Source: Nanobdellota archaeon
GTDB lineage: Archaea > Nanobdellota > Nanobdellia > Woesearchaeales > UBA583
Reading direction: 5' to 3'
Assembly: GCA_022565615.1 (NCBI GenBank)
Contig: JAIUMM010000002.1
Location: forward strand, 884-64,883
DNA length: 64,000 nucleotides
Below are positions 40,517 through 48,790 of this stretch, piece by piece (the stretch's first letter is position 1; the number at the start of each line of letters is the position of its first letter). A program made the translations under genes and the position numbers. The notes below the pieces were generated by a model, which worked only from the letters and a program-made list of their open reading frames with translations, made no database searches and had not been told where the DNA came from.

Positions 40517-41782
40517 TTAAATGTTAGTTGAATGAAATCTTTCAATAAACTTCTCTTTAAATTCTTCAGGGAATTGAAACCCACATGCATTTACATGTCC
40601 TCCCCATTTTACAACATCCTCTACATCTTTGAAAATTTCTTTTAAAAATGTGTGCAAATTAACATTTGATGTTGAACGAATTGAGCCTGAGAAGAATTCT
40701 CTTTCAAATTTTTGATGAATTGAGCAGGAGATTTGAATATTTAAATCATATAATGCTTGTTCACTTAATTGTCTATTATATGAGGTTTTTCCTTTATGTT
40801 CAATTAAAATTCTATCCTTAGTTATAGCAGTTTGATTTTCTTTAAATTTTTTATATTCTTTTTGTAATATTTTTTCATATTTTAATTTATATTTTTTAAA
40901 ATCATAAAAAGGAGAATATGTTCCTTCATTAATTTCTCCAATGAGTTCAAATAATGAGAATTTTTGAATTAAATGTATATACTCTTGAGATTTAGTTGTA
41001 TTTTTAAATATAAAATCAAAAAATAATTTTAGTATTCCAACATGAGTTGAAAATGAGAATTTATAAATTAAGTCTCTGTTTTTATCTGAATTTTCTTGAT
41101 AATACAGTGGATTTTTTAGTACATTTTTCGAAATTTCTTCTAATTCTTTTAAATTAAAAGAGTTACAAAGTGCAGAAATTTGCTTTGATTCAAAATTATT
41201 AATGTCTTGAAATATTGAAGTAATATAAAAATCAGAAATTGTTCCAACTATTGCTAAGAGTAAATGTGAGATTTCTTTTTTTGATAGAATATAACTAAAA
41301 AATGTAATAGGTCTTGAATCTTGGGAGTTGTAGATAAGAGGATTAATGTATGTAATATTTGGAGTAGATGAGTAGTATTTTAATGTTTTTTCAGGAAGTT
41401 TATGGTGGTCTAAAATTATAATTTTATATATATTAGATAATTCTTCTACTATTTTGCTATCAATTGAAGGAGTATCTAGAAAGATGATATGAGTTATTTT
41501 ATCATCTAATTTGGAGATTGCAATTTCTTGTGAATCAATTTCTTTTGTTATAAAGTGTCCTCCTTTAATGCTTTGAAATGATGTATGCAATAACATATAT
41601 GAACATAAACCATCTGAATCACTATCGTGAAAAATATAACAAGAGTTTTGATTATTATTTAAAATATTTAAAAGATCAAATAAGGAATTTTGAAATTCTT
41701 TTGATTTGAGTCCATATTTTTCTAATTTTTTTGAAAATTCTTCTTTTTTTTGAAAATTTTCAATATTTTTTTGCATATACAA
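40517..41782 (-). CDS. DHH-family phosphoesterase (RecJ/GAN-like)
   Basis: 421 aa. DHH motifs: IFHDSDSDGLCS, IIFLDTP, IIILDHHKL. DHHA1-type GGHVNACGF near the C-terminus. Confidence 0.8.
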   Translation of the reverse strand: MYMQKNIENFQKKEEFSKKLEKYGLKSKEFQNSLFDLLNILNNNQNSCYIFHDSDSDGLCSYMLLHTSFQSIKGGHFITKEIDSQEIAISKLDDKITHIIFLDTPSIDSKIVEELSNIYKIIILDHHKLPEKTLKYYSSTPNITYINPLIYNSQDSRPITFFSYILSKKEISHLLLAIVGTISDFYITSIFQDINNFESKQISALCNSFNLKELEEISKNVLKNPLYYQENSDKNRDLIYKFSFSTHVGILKLFFDFIFKNTTKSQEYIHLIQKFSLFELIGEINEGTYSPFYDFKKYKLKYEKILQKEYKKFKENQTAITKDRILIEHKGKTSYNRQLSEQALYDLNIQISCSIHQKFEREFFSGSIRSTSNVNLHTFLKEIFKDVEDVVKWGGHVNACGFQFPEEFKEKFIERFHSTNI

Positions 41783-41854
41783 TATAAGTTTTTTTTGAGT
41801 ATATAAATGTACTCTTTGAGATGAATAGAATTTAAGTTGAATTAAAAATGGAAT

Positions 41855-42142
41855 TTATTTTGTGAGCATAGGAATAATTGAAAAGAAAATTTTATATAAT
41901 AAATATAGAGCTATTATAATTTTTATAACAATTGGCATCATACTAAGTAATAGTAAGAGCATTAATACTGCAATTATCATATCTATTAAGGAGAATAAAT
42001 CTCTTCCCATTAGAAAAAATATTAGTCCTTTAATAAATGCAAGACTAAATCCTGTAAAAATATAAGCTATATTTAATGAGTTATGAAAGAGAAGGATAAA
42101 TAAGGTGTGAATATCAATTAATACAAGTAGATAAAGTAACAT
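41855..42142 (-). CDS. small 3-TM membrane protein
   Basis: 95 aa, entirely hydrophobic helices. Confidence 0.4.
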   Translation of the reverse strand: MLLYLLVLIDIHTLFILLFHNSLNIAYIFTGFSLAFIKGLIFFLMGRDLFSLIDMIIAVLMLLLLLSMMPIVIKIIIALYLLYKIFFSIIPMLTK

Positions 42143-42402
42143 ATTAAAAAATATCTGTACTACTTTAAATATTTTTATAAAATTAGATTTAATTTTAATA
42201 AAACTATTTTTAGATGTTTTAGAATTTTTGAGAAATTTTTAATTTTTTAAAATTCTTATAACTCTATTTTGAGTTTTATCTTTGAAATTAATTCTAAATT
42301 ACACTACTTTTCATTCTGAAAATTCTTTAAAATTTGAGTATTTTGATCCCTTTTTAAAAACTAGTATATAAATGTTATTATTAAGTTTTCAAATTTGCAC
42401 AC

Positions 42403-42450
42403 ATACAACATATAGGAACTTTTTTTATAAAAGAACACTAAATGTAGTAT
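42403..42450 (+). promoter_or_regulatory. distal tandem pair of NrdR boxes
   Basis: ATACAACATATAGGAA (42403-42418) and ACACTAAATGTAGTAT (42435-42450). Both contain the core C-w-A-n-A-T-n-T-w-G of the 16-bp NrdR-box palindrome, and their starts are 32 bp apart. Confidence 0.55.
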
Positions 42451-42535
42451 TTTTCTAAAAAAATGTTATCATTATTGTTGTTACTTTATGTATATCAAAA
42501 TATATTTAATGAAAAACTATTGTAAGTTTACTTAT

Positions 42536-42583
42536 GCACAAGATGTTGTGCCAGATAACTTAAAACGTATCTAAATATAGTGA
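42536..42583 (+). promoter_or_regulatory. proximal tandem pair of NrdR boxes overlapping the nrdR start
   Basis: GCACAAGATGTTGTGC (42536-42551) and TATCTAAATATAGTGA (42568-42583). They share the same core and the same 32-bp phasing. The second box abuts the nrdR start codon. Confidence 0.6.
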
Positions 42584-43113
42584 AAATGTTATGCCCATAT
42601 TGTGGAAATGAAAATGTCAAAGTAATTGACTCTCGTGATAGTAAAGATGGTGAAACTATTAAGAGAAGAAGAGAGTGTTTAAATTGTAATAAAAGATTTT
42701 CAACAATTGAAAAAATTTTAAAATTAGATTTAGAAGTTATGAAATCTAATGGAGAAGTTGAAGAATTTAATATGCAAAAAATTAAAAAATCTCTTCTAAA
42801 ATGCTGTGAGAAGAGACCAATTACACTTGAACAAATTGATATTATTGCACAAAATGTTCTCTCTGATTTAAAAAAAGGGGACAAAGGAATAATTAATTCA
42901 GGAGATATTGGAAATGAAGTAATGTGTCAACTATTTCAAGTAGATAAAATTGCATTTTTGAAGTATGCAATTGTACATCACAAATATAATTCACTTGATG
43001 AATTTACTACATATTTAGAGAAATTAAAAGAGTATCCAAACCATATTGATGAGTTTCAAAAAGAAATTATAAAACATATTCAAGAAAAACAAGCTCTTGG
43101 AGATGAGAAATAA
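42580..43113 (+). CDS. nrdR: transcriptional repressor NrdR
   Basis: An N-terminal Zn ribbon (MLCPYCGNENVKVIDSRDS…RRRECLNCNKRFSTIE) is followed by an ATP-cone. The track start is a GTG at 42580; the ATG at 42586 gives the canonical MxCPxC N-terminus. Confidence 0.9.
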   Translation: MKMLCPYCGNENVKVIDSRDSKDGETIKRRRECLNCNKRFSTIEKILKLDLEVMKSNGEVEEFNMQKIKKSLLKCCEKRPITLEQIDIIAQNVLSDLKKGDKGIINSGDIGNEVMCQLFQVDKIAFLKYAIVHHKYNSLDEFTTYLEKLKEYPNHIDEFQKEIIKHIQEKQALGDEK

Positions 43114-43253
43114 TAATTTATTTTGAGACTACTCAACATAATTTAAATATAATACAGTAAAAATTATAGAATTATAACAATTAGCAAAGTAAGTAAAGTT
43201 AAAATCTGGTAAAGTTGTTAACATATTCAAAAAACTAAAATATCAATATAAAA

Positions 43254-45776
43254 ATGGAACAAATTATTAATTCACAACAACAAAATCAAGAAGGAGTGAG
43301 AAACGAGTTTTTTAGAAAAATAAATGAAATGTTTGATCACAAAAGTAAACTCTCAACATTAGTAGGAGATGAAAAAATTAAAGCATATAAAGAGACATAT
43401 TTTTATTTGTTTGATTTAATTGAGAAAAAAGAGTTACCTGTTCTAGATGATTTTTTTTCAGACAATACTCTGGCTCAACATATTTATAAGAATAAATACT
43501 ATTTAAAAGATTTAAATGGAAATCATATTGAAGCAAGACCTGAAGATGTTTACTTAAGACTTGCTGCTTTTATTGCATGTATTGAAGAAAACACCCATAA
43601 AAGGGAGGAAGCTGCTAAAAAATTCTATATGGATTTATTTGAAGGATATTATTTACCAGGTGGAAGAGTAATTACAGGTTCAGGAGATTTATTTAGACTT
43701 AAAACGCTTGCTAATTGTTTTGTGAGTTTAATTGAAGAAGACTCTTTAGAAGGAATTTATAAATCATCATATGAGGCTGCAAGAACGTATTCATATGGAG
43801 GAGGAATTGGAATTGATATTTCTCAATTAAGGCCTAAAAATTCAAGAGTTCATAATGCAGCTGACTCCTCAACTGGTGCTGTTTCATTTATGGAATTGTA
43901 TTCACTTACAACGGGATTAATTGGACAAGCGGGAAGAAGAGGTGCTTTAATGCTCACAATTGATTGTAAACACCCTGATGTTATGGATTTTATTAATATT
44001 AAGCAAAACCCTAATTGGACTACTGATACAATTATGCAAAGACTTCAATCATCAGGAATGTTTGATGAAGATCAATTAGCCGTTGCTCAAAAAAATATTG
44101 TTGAAAATACGCAGGTGAGATTTGCTAATATTTCAATTAAAGTAAGTGATGAGTTTATGCAAGCTGTTGATGAACAAAACCAATTTGGTAAGGAGAAAAT
44201 TGTAGTATATAAAAAGCCTAAAACTGGAAAAACTCCTGCTTTAAAGTCAGATGATTATAATTATGCGTATGGGATGTCTAAAAAAGATGTTTCAACATAT
44301 GAATTAGTTGGAGGATTTGATTCATTTGAGGCTCTAAATCAAGAAATGAGTAAATTAGGGTTCTCCTCTATGATGTCAAAAGATGTATTAGATAATATTG
44401 AACTTAGAGATTATTATGGAGAATTTGTTGTTGAGGATAAAAATGCTGATTTTGATTTAGCAATTAAATATTCAGGAGACTATTTATTATATTATAGTGG
44501 GAAGAATTGTGGAGATATTAAAGAGTTAGTTAAAGCAAGAGATGTATGGAATAAGTTTGTTGAGGGTAATTATCAAACTGCAGAACCTGGTTTAATTTTG
44601 TGGTCACAAATGACTAAATATTCTCCTTCAAATTATGTGGGAAGACCAATTTCTTGTACAAATCCTTGTGGAGAAGTTCCTTTAGAGAGTGGTGGTGCTT
44701 GTAATTTAGGTTCAATTAATTTATCAAGAATGGTTGACAATGGATTTACTAGCTCAGCGAGTATTAATTGGGAGAGATTAAAAACTACAACTCATAATTT
44801 GACACGATTTTTAGATAATGTTGTATGGTGGAATGAAAATTTAAATGCTTTAGAGAGTCAAAGAGATGCTGCAAGTATTACAAGAAGATTAGGACTTGGA
44901 GTTATGGGAATTGCTGATTTATTTAATCAACTAGGAATTGGATATGACTCAGAAGAAGGGTTAAAATTACTTGAAAGTATTATGGACACTATTGCACAAG
45001 AAGCATATAGAGAGTCTGCAAAATTAGCTGCTGAGAAAGGACCTGCTCCTGCATTCTCACAAGAATACTTTGAGAATCCATTTTATGTTGAGATTTTAGA
45101 AGATGATGTAAAAGAATTAATTAGAAAAAATGGGATTAGAAATATTGCTATTTTAGCTATTGCTCCAACAGGGACTATTTCAAATGCAATTACTGGATTT
45201 AGAACTCCTACTAAAAATTATGTAGGTGTAAGTGGTGGAATTGAACCTATTTTTGCACTATTTTATCAAAGAAGATCTGAACAGATGAATCAAGGAGGAT
45301 TGTATAACGTATTCCACTCAACTATTCAAGCATATTTAGATGTTACAAATCAATCTCATCTACTCACTGCTGCACCTGAAGAGGTAAATAAAGCACTTCC
45401 AGCGTATATGCAAAGAACTGCTCATAAAATTTCACCAAAGATGAGAGTTAAAATTCAAGGTATTGCTCAACAATATGTTGATCATTCAATTTCATCAACT
45501 ATTAATTTATCAGAAGATATTGAACCTGAGACGATTTCAAATATTTATTTAGATGCTTGGAAACATGGTCTTAAAGGAATTACAATTTACAGAGATGGTT
45601 CAAGATTCCCAATTTTAAGTGTTCAAGGGGAAGAGACTGACTTTCAAAGGTTTAAAGATAAGAAATTTAAAGTTGGAGATAAAGTTGTAAGAGGAAATGA
45701 TGTTATTGTGGGGGCTTCAGGTAAACTTACTACAGTATATCATCAAAAGCATCAAAATACGGGGGTATATAACTAA
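43254..45776 (+). CDS. nrdJ: class II (adenosylcobalamin-dependent) ribonucleotide reductase, large part (NrdJa)
   Basis: 840 aa. RNR active-site region: TNPCGEVPLESGGACNLGSINLSR. Also GGGIGIDISQLRP, AIAPTGTIS, and HSISSTINLSEDI…GLKGITIYRDGSR. Confidence 0.88.
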   Translation: MEQIINSQQQNQEGVRNEFFRKINEMFDHKSKLSTLVGDEKIKAYKETYFYLFDLIEKKELPVLDDFFSDNTLAQHIYKNKYYLKDLNGNHIEARPEDVYLRLAAFIACIEENTHKREEAAKKFYMDLFEGYYLPGGRVITGSGDLFRLKTLANCFVSLIEEDSLEGIYKSSYEAARTYSYGGGIGIDISQLRPKNSRVHNAADSSTGAVSFMELYSLTTGLIGQAGRRGALMLTIDCKHPDVMDFINIKQNPNWTTDTIMQRLQSSGMFDEDQLAVAQKNIVENTQVRFANISIKVSDEFMQAVDEQNQFGKEKIVVYKKPKTGKTPALKSDDYNYAYGMSKKDVSTYELVGGFDSFEALNQEMSKLGFSSMMSKDVLDNIELRDYYGEFVVEDKNADFDLAIKYSGDYLLYYSGKNCGDIKELVKARDVWNKFVEGNYQTAEPGLILWSQMTKYSPSNYVGRPISCTNPCGEVPLESGGACNLGSINLSRMVDNGFTSSASINWERLKTTTHNLTRFLDNVVWWNENLNALESQRDAASITRRLGLGVMGIADLFNQLGIGYDSEEGLKLLESIMDTIAQEAYRESAKLAAEKGPAPAFSQEYFENPFYVEILEDDVKELIRKNGIRNIAILAIAPTGTISNAITGFRTPTKNYVGVSGGIEPIFALFYQRRSEQMNQGGLYNVFHSTIQAYLDVTNQSHLLTAAPEEVNKALPAYMQRTAHKISPKMRVKIQGIAQQYVDHSISSTINLSEDIEPETISNIYLDAWKHGLKGITIYRDGSRFPILSVQGEETDFQRFKDKKFKVGDKVVRGNDVIVGASGKLTTVYHQKHQNTGVYN

Positions 45777-45860
45777 TAAGTTGGTTTAGTAATGTATGAG
45801 TTAACTTTAAATTTAAAAGTTAATTTGTATATTATTATTTTATTAAATAGGTGTTAAAAA

Positions 45861-46610
45861 ATGGTTACTGAAGTTGTAGATTTTGATATGATTGAAGAAA
45901 TTACTCAAAGTGATGTAAATGTTCAAAATAAATCTCAAAAATCAAATGTTGAAGAGTTTGTTGAGATTAAAGAGGAGATTACTGAGATTAAGAGTCCAAG
46001 TAAGGAGGAGAAACATGAACAAGTTGATGCTAAGAAATATTCTTCTCAAACTATTGGTATGATTCAAAAGGAGGATGTTATTAAAAGGCCTGATAGTGTT
46101 GAAGCTAAGGTATATAGACTTAAAAGTAAATTTGTAAAGGAGAGGTTATATATTACGCTTTCATATGTTCAGACTGAAGATGGACAAAATAGACCAATTG
46201 AGATGTTTATTAATTCAAAGGATTTGTCTAAACTTCCTGAATATACTGTTCTTACAAGATTAATTTCTACAATTTTTAGAACATTTAAAGATCCTAAATT
46301 TATTTTAGAGGAGCTTAAGAGTATTTATGATCCAAATGGGGGATATTTCTCAAAGGGAAGATATATTTACTCATTTTATTCAGAAATTGCATTAATTATT
46401 GAAAGATTTTTTGTAGATATTGGATTTATGGGGGATCAGGAGAGTAAGTTAGATAATTGGATTGATAATGCTCAAAAGATGAATCCTGATAAAAAAATTA
46501 TTGAAAACAACTTTAAAATTTGTCCACATTGCAATGAGAAATCTCTGCAAATTGATGGAGGATGTTTAATCTGTATCAATCCAGATTGTGGATACTCCAA
46601 ATGCTCTTAA
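45861..46610 (+). CDS. nrdJb: class II ribonucleotide reductase C-terminal part (NrdJb-like)
   Basis: 249 aa. It contains the segment RLYITLSYVQTEDGQNRPIEMFINSKD…LTRLISTIFR and a terminal Cys cluster CPHCN…GGCLICINPDCGYSKCS. AGGTG lies 7 nt upstream of the ATG, so it is operon-internal. Confidence 0.7.
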   Translation: MVTEVVDFDMIEEITQSDVNVQNKSQKSNVEEFVEIKEEITEIKSPSKEEKHEQVDAKKYSSQTIGMIQKEDVIKRPDSVEAKVYRLKSKFVKERLYITLSYVQTEDGQNRPIEMFINSKDLSKLPEYTVLTRLISTIFRTFKDPKFILEELKSIYDPNGGYFSKGRYIYSFYSEIALIIERFFVDIGFMGDQESKLDNWIDNAQKMNPDKKIIENNFKICPHCNEKSLQIDGGCLICINPDCGYSKCS

Positions 46611-46628
46611 AGTAACTTTTAGTTGCTT
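46610..46628 (+). terminator. hairpin immediately after nrdJb stop
   Basis: AAGTAACT-ttt-AGTTGCTT forms an 8-bp stem with one G-T pair. Confidence 0.35.
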
Positions 46629-46725
46629 AAAGTTAAATTTTGAGTAAAACGAAAACCTATTCTTTTGGCTTACTTTTCTTAATGATTTGCAAAGGAATGT
46701 TAAAGAAAAGGAAGAGTGGGAAGCA

Positions 46726-46855
46726 TCGTTGCAGATTGATGGAGGATGTTTAATACACTAGACAAAACGAAGTTTTGGAGGTGTTCCAAGAATTTTTTGA
46801 AGAAAAATTGTTGATATGTATCAATCCAGATTGCGGATATAGTAAATGTAGTTAA
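46726..46855 (+). pseudogene. interrupted duplicate of the last 22 codons of nrdJb
   Basis: 46726-46755 encodes SLQIDGGCLI and 46817-46855 encodes CINPDCGYSKCS*. Together these are identical in protein to 46542-46610. The two parts are separated by a 61-nt insert that breaks the frame. Confidence 0.8.
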
Positions 46856-46857
46856 TT

Positions 46858-46891
46858 AAGCAACTTTGTTGCTTGAAAATATTTTATTTTC
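46858..46891. terminator. two adjacent perfect 7-bp hairpins between convergent genes
   Basis: AAGCAAC-ttt-GTTGCTT (46858-46874) and GAAAATA-ttt-TATTTTC (46875-46891). Confidence 0.4.
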
Positions 46892-46949
46892 AAATTAATT
46901 TAAATTATTTTTATTTGCTTCTCTTTCAATTTCTTCTTCAACTTTCAAT

Positions 46950-47963
46950 TTAGTATCTTTTTTTTTCTTTTTCTTTTCTCAATATTTGTTTACTAAAAGT
47001 ATCAAAATCACTTTCAATATGTTGAGTACTATTAAAAATATCATATTCTTGACCTGCTTTTTCTTTTGCTTTTTCAAATGAAATCTCTCCTTTACCATCT
47101 AATATTTTATACTCTTGAAAATCTAAAAATTTATCAACTGATAATTTAAATTCTTCCATAGTAAACACTCTTTTTCTCTCAATTAATCCTTCAATATAAT
47201 CAAAAAAACCAGTAATTACTCTCTCAAGTTGTTTAATCCCTTTCTCATCTAAATAATTTTTAGCAATTAATACATCACTTTTTAAAATTCTATCTTTATT
47301 CTTCCAAGTCTTTAAACCTAGATTTTCCTTTTTATGAGAAACATTTGAATAAATAATCTCACTTGCAGTTTTATTTGAAATAGCATAATGAAATTTATTT
47401 TGAATTGTTGCAAAAAACTCTCTTGTAACATCTGAATGTTTATCATAATCAATAGAACATTCAGCAAAAATATCAGTAATTTGTTGATAAATTCTCCTCT
47501 CACTTGCACGAATTGAACGAATTCTCTCAAGTAATTCTTTAAAATAATTTTTATTCAAATCTTGTCCTTGCTTTAAACGTTCATCATCTAACACATATCC
47601 TTTTAAAATAAACTCTTTTAATTGCTTTGTTGCCCAAATTCTAAACTGAGTAGCTTTTTGTGAATTCACACGATACCCAACACTAATAATAGCATCTAAA
47701 TTATAAAATAAAGTTTGATATGTTTTACCATCTAAAGCAGTATGTGCAAATTTTGCACTAACTGAATTTTCAACAAGCTCTTCTTCATCAAAAATATTTT
47801 TTAAATGCTTAGTAATTACTGTCCTATCAACCCCAAATAACTCTGCCATTAACTTTTGAGTAAGCCAAATATTTTCATCTCTAAAATAAACTTCAATTTG
47901 AGAATTTCTCTCTTGATTAAATAATGCAAATGATTTAACAACAAAATTAGAATCCTTATTCAT
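46950..47963 (-). CDS. rhuM: RhuM-family (virulence protein RhuM-like) protein
   Basis: 337 aa. The N-terminal region IEVYFRDENIWLTQKLMAELFGVDRTVITKHLKNIFDEEEL…YNLDAIISVGYRVNSQKATQFRIWATKQLKEFILKGYVLDDERLK is the characteristic RhuM signature. Confidence 0.85.
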   Translation of the reverse strand: MNKDSNFVVKSFALFNQERNSQIEVYFRDENIWLTQKLMAELFGVDRTVITKHLKNIFDEEELVENSVSAKFAHTALDGKTYQTLFYNLDAIISVGYRVNSQKATQFRIWATKQLKEFILKGYVLDDERLKQGQDLNKNYFKELLERIRSIRASERRIYQQITDIFAECSIDYDKHSDVTREFFATIQNKFHYAISNKTASEIIYSNVSHKKENLGLKTWKNKDRILKSDVLIAKNYLDEKGIKQLERVITGFFDYIEGLIERKRVFTMEEFKLSVDKFLDFQEYKILDGKGEISFEKAKEKAGQEYDIFNSTQHIESDFDTFSKQILRKEKEKKRY

Positions 47964-48385
47964 TTTTTATCCTCAAATATTTCTACAAATTCTTTTATTT
48001 TTTCTGTTTGATAATTATTAATTTCAAAACTTTCTTTTTTTGCCATTTCTATAAATTTAAGATTATCAAATTGAAAATTATTTTTTTTCAAAAAATTACT
48101 AAGTTCTGTACTTCCTTTCGTTCTACAAGAACAAATGATAATATCACAATTTTTCAATTCATTAATTATCCTATATAAATTATACTTATCATCTCCTCCT
48201 GTATTTATACCAATTTTTTTCTTTTCATATTTAAAAGAAAAAGTGATATCTTTTTTTTCATTTGAATTTGTTCTTTTATTAAATCCATAAAAAAAATTAA
48301 ACTGAAAGTATTCTTCTAAAATTTTATATATTATTGAAGTTTTTCCAGTATTTGATTTTCCTCTAAAACATATTATATTGACCAT
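47960..48385 (-). CDS. small P-loop NTPase, unknown family
   Basis: The start is taken at MVNIICFRGKSNTGKTS (ATG at 48385), which has GGAGGT 9 nt upstream; the track's longer start at 48427 is less likely. Walker A is GKSNTGKT. The stop overlaps the rhuM start (ATGA). Confidence 0.6.
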   Translation of the reverse strand: MVNIICFRGKSNTGKTSIIYKILEEYFQFNFFYGFNKRTNSNEKKDITFSFKYEKKKIGINTGGDDKYNLYRIINELKNCDIIICSCRTKGSTELSNFLKKNNFQFDNLKFIEMAKKESFEINNYQTEKIKEFVEIFEDKK

Positions 48386-48390
48386 CTTAT

Positions 48391-48588
48391 TTACCTCCAG
48401 AAAATCAGATTTTGCTCTTTTGCCCAATTCTCAAACTCATAAGCAATTTCTTCTAAATATGTAAATTTTTCATTATTATCTTTTTGAAAAATTCTATTTT
48501 GAATATTTTTAATTTCATTATTTGTAAAAATTAACCAGTTAAAATTAAAATTTTTCTTAATTAAGTTTTTTAAACTTTCTTTTTCCAT
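48391..48588 (-). CDS. small protein, unknown function (first gene of the rhuM operon)
   Basis: 65-aa ORF. Its stop lies 5 nt before the P-loop gene's ATG, and its last codons contain that gene's SD. Confidence 0.4.
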   Translation of the reverse strand: MEKESLKNLIKKNFNFNWLIFTNNEIKNIQNRIFQKDNNEKFTYLEEIAYEFENWAKEQNLIFWR

Positions 48589-48605
48589 ATTATTTTTTAG
48601 ATAAA

Positions 48606-48620
48606 GTTATTTAAAAATAT
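48606..48620 (-). promoter_or_regulatory. TATA-like box for the 48588-46950 operon
   Basis: The minus strand reads ATATTTTTAAATAAC, centred about 25 nt upstream of the ATG at 48588. Confidence 0.4.
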
Positions 48621-48692
48621 TTTTATTATCAACAATAGAAAACTTTCACTAAAACCAAAAACTCTTTTTAGATAGTTATTTGAATAACAAAT

Positions 48693-48770
48693 TTCTCCAA
48701 CAATAATGTTATGCGAAGATAATATGACAAATTGAGGGAAAATTGATTAGATAAGAATATATTTATAAAT
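48693..48770 (+). repeat. 78-bp promoter-bearing repeat, copy A
   Basis: Ungapped alignment to 50215-50292 gives 69/78 identities (hand count). It ends in TTTATAAA (48762-48769), 21 nt upstream of the ATG at 48791. Confidence 0.85.
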
Positions 48771-48790
48771 GTTTATTCCATAATTTATTT

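Noticed and set aside
42143-42400. A 260-bp ORF-free stretch upstream of the NrdR boxes, considered as a possible ncRNA or riboswitch.
   Set aside because: It is extremely AT-rich, with only short AT palindromes. I see no GC-supported helices and no resemblance to a cobalamin riboswitch or a tRNA-like structure.
42528-42884. 118-aa ORF on the minus strand.
   Set aside because: It lies antisense to, and almost entirely within, the well-supported nrdR gene, and it spans the NrdR-box region. Its translation is low-complexity and hydrophobic, as expected for the reverse strand of an AT-rich gene.
46755-46815. The 61-nt insert in the nrdJb 3' duplicate considered as an archaeal bulge-helix-bulge intron.
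   Set aside because: Removing it restores the frame exactly. However, I could not find the complementary exon-intron helices or 3-nt bulges of a BHB motif, the copy lacks the rest of the gene, and the insert contains an AT-rich hairpin more typical of a small insertion or MITE-like fragment.
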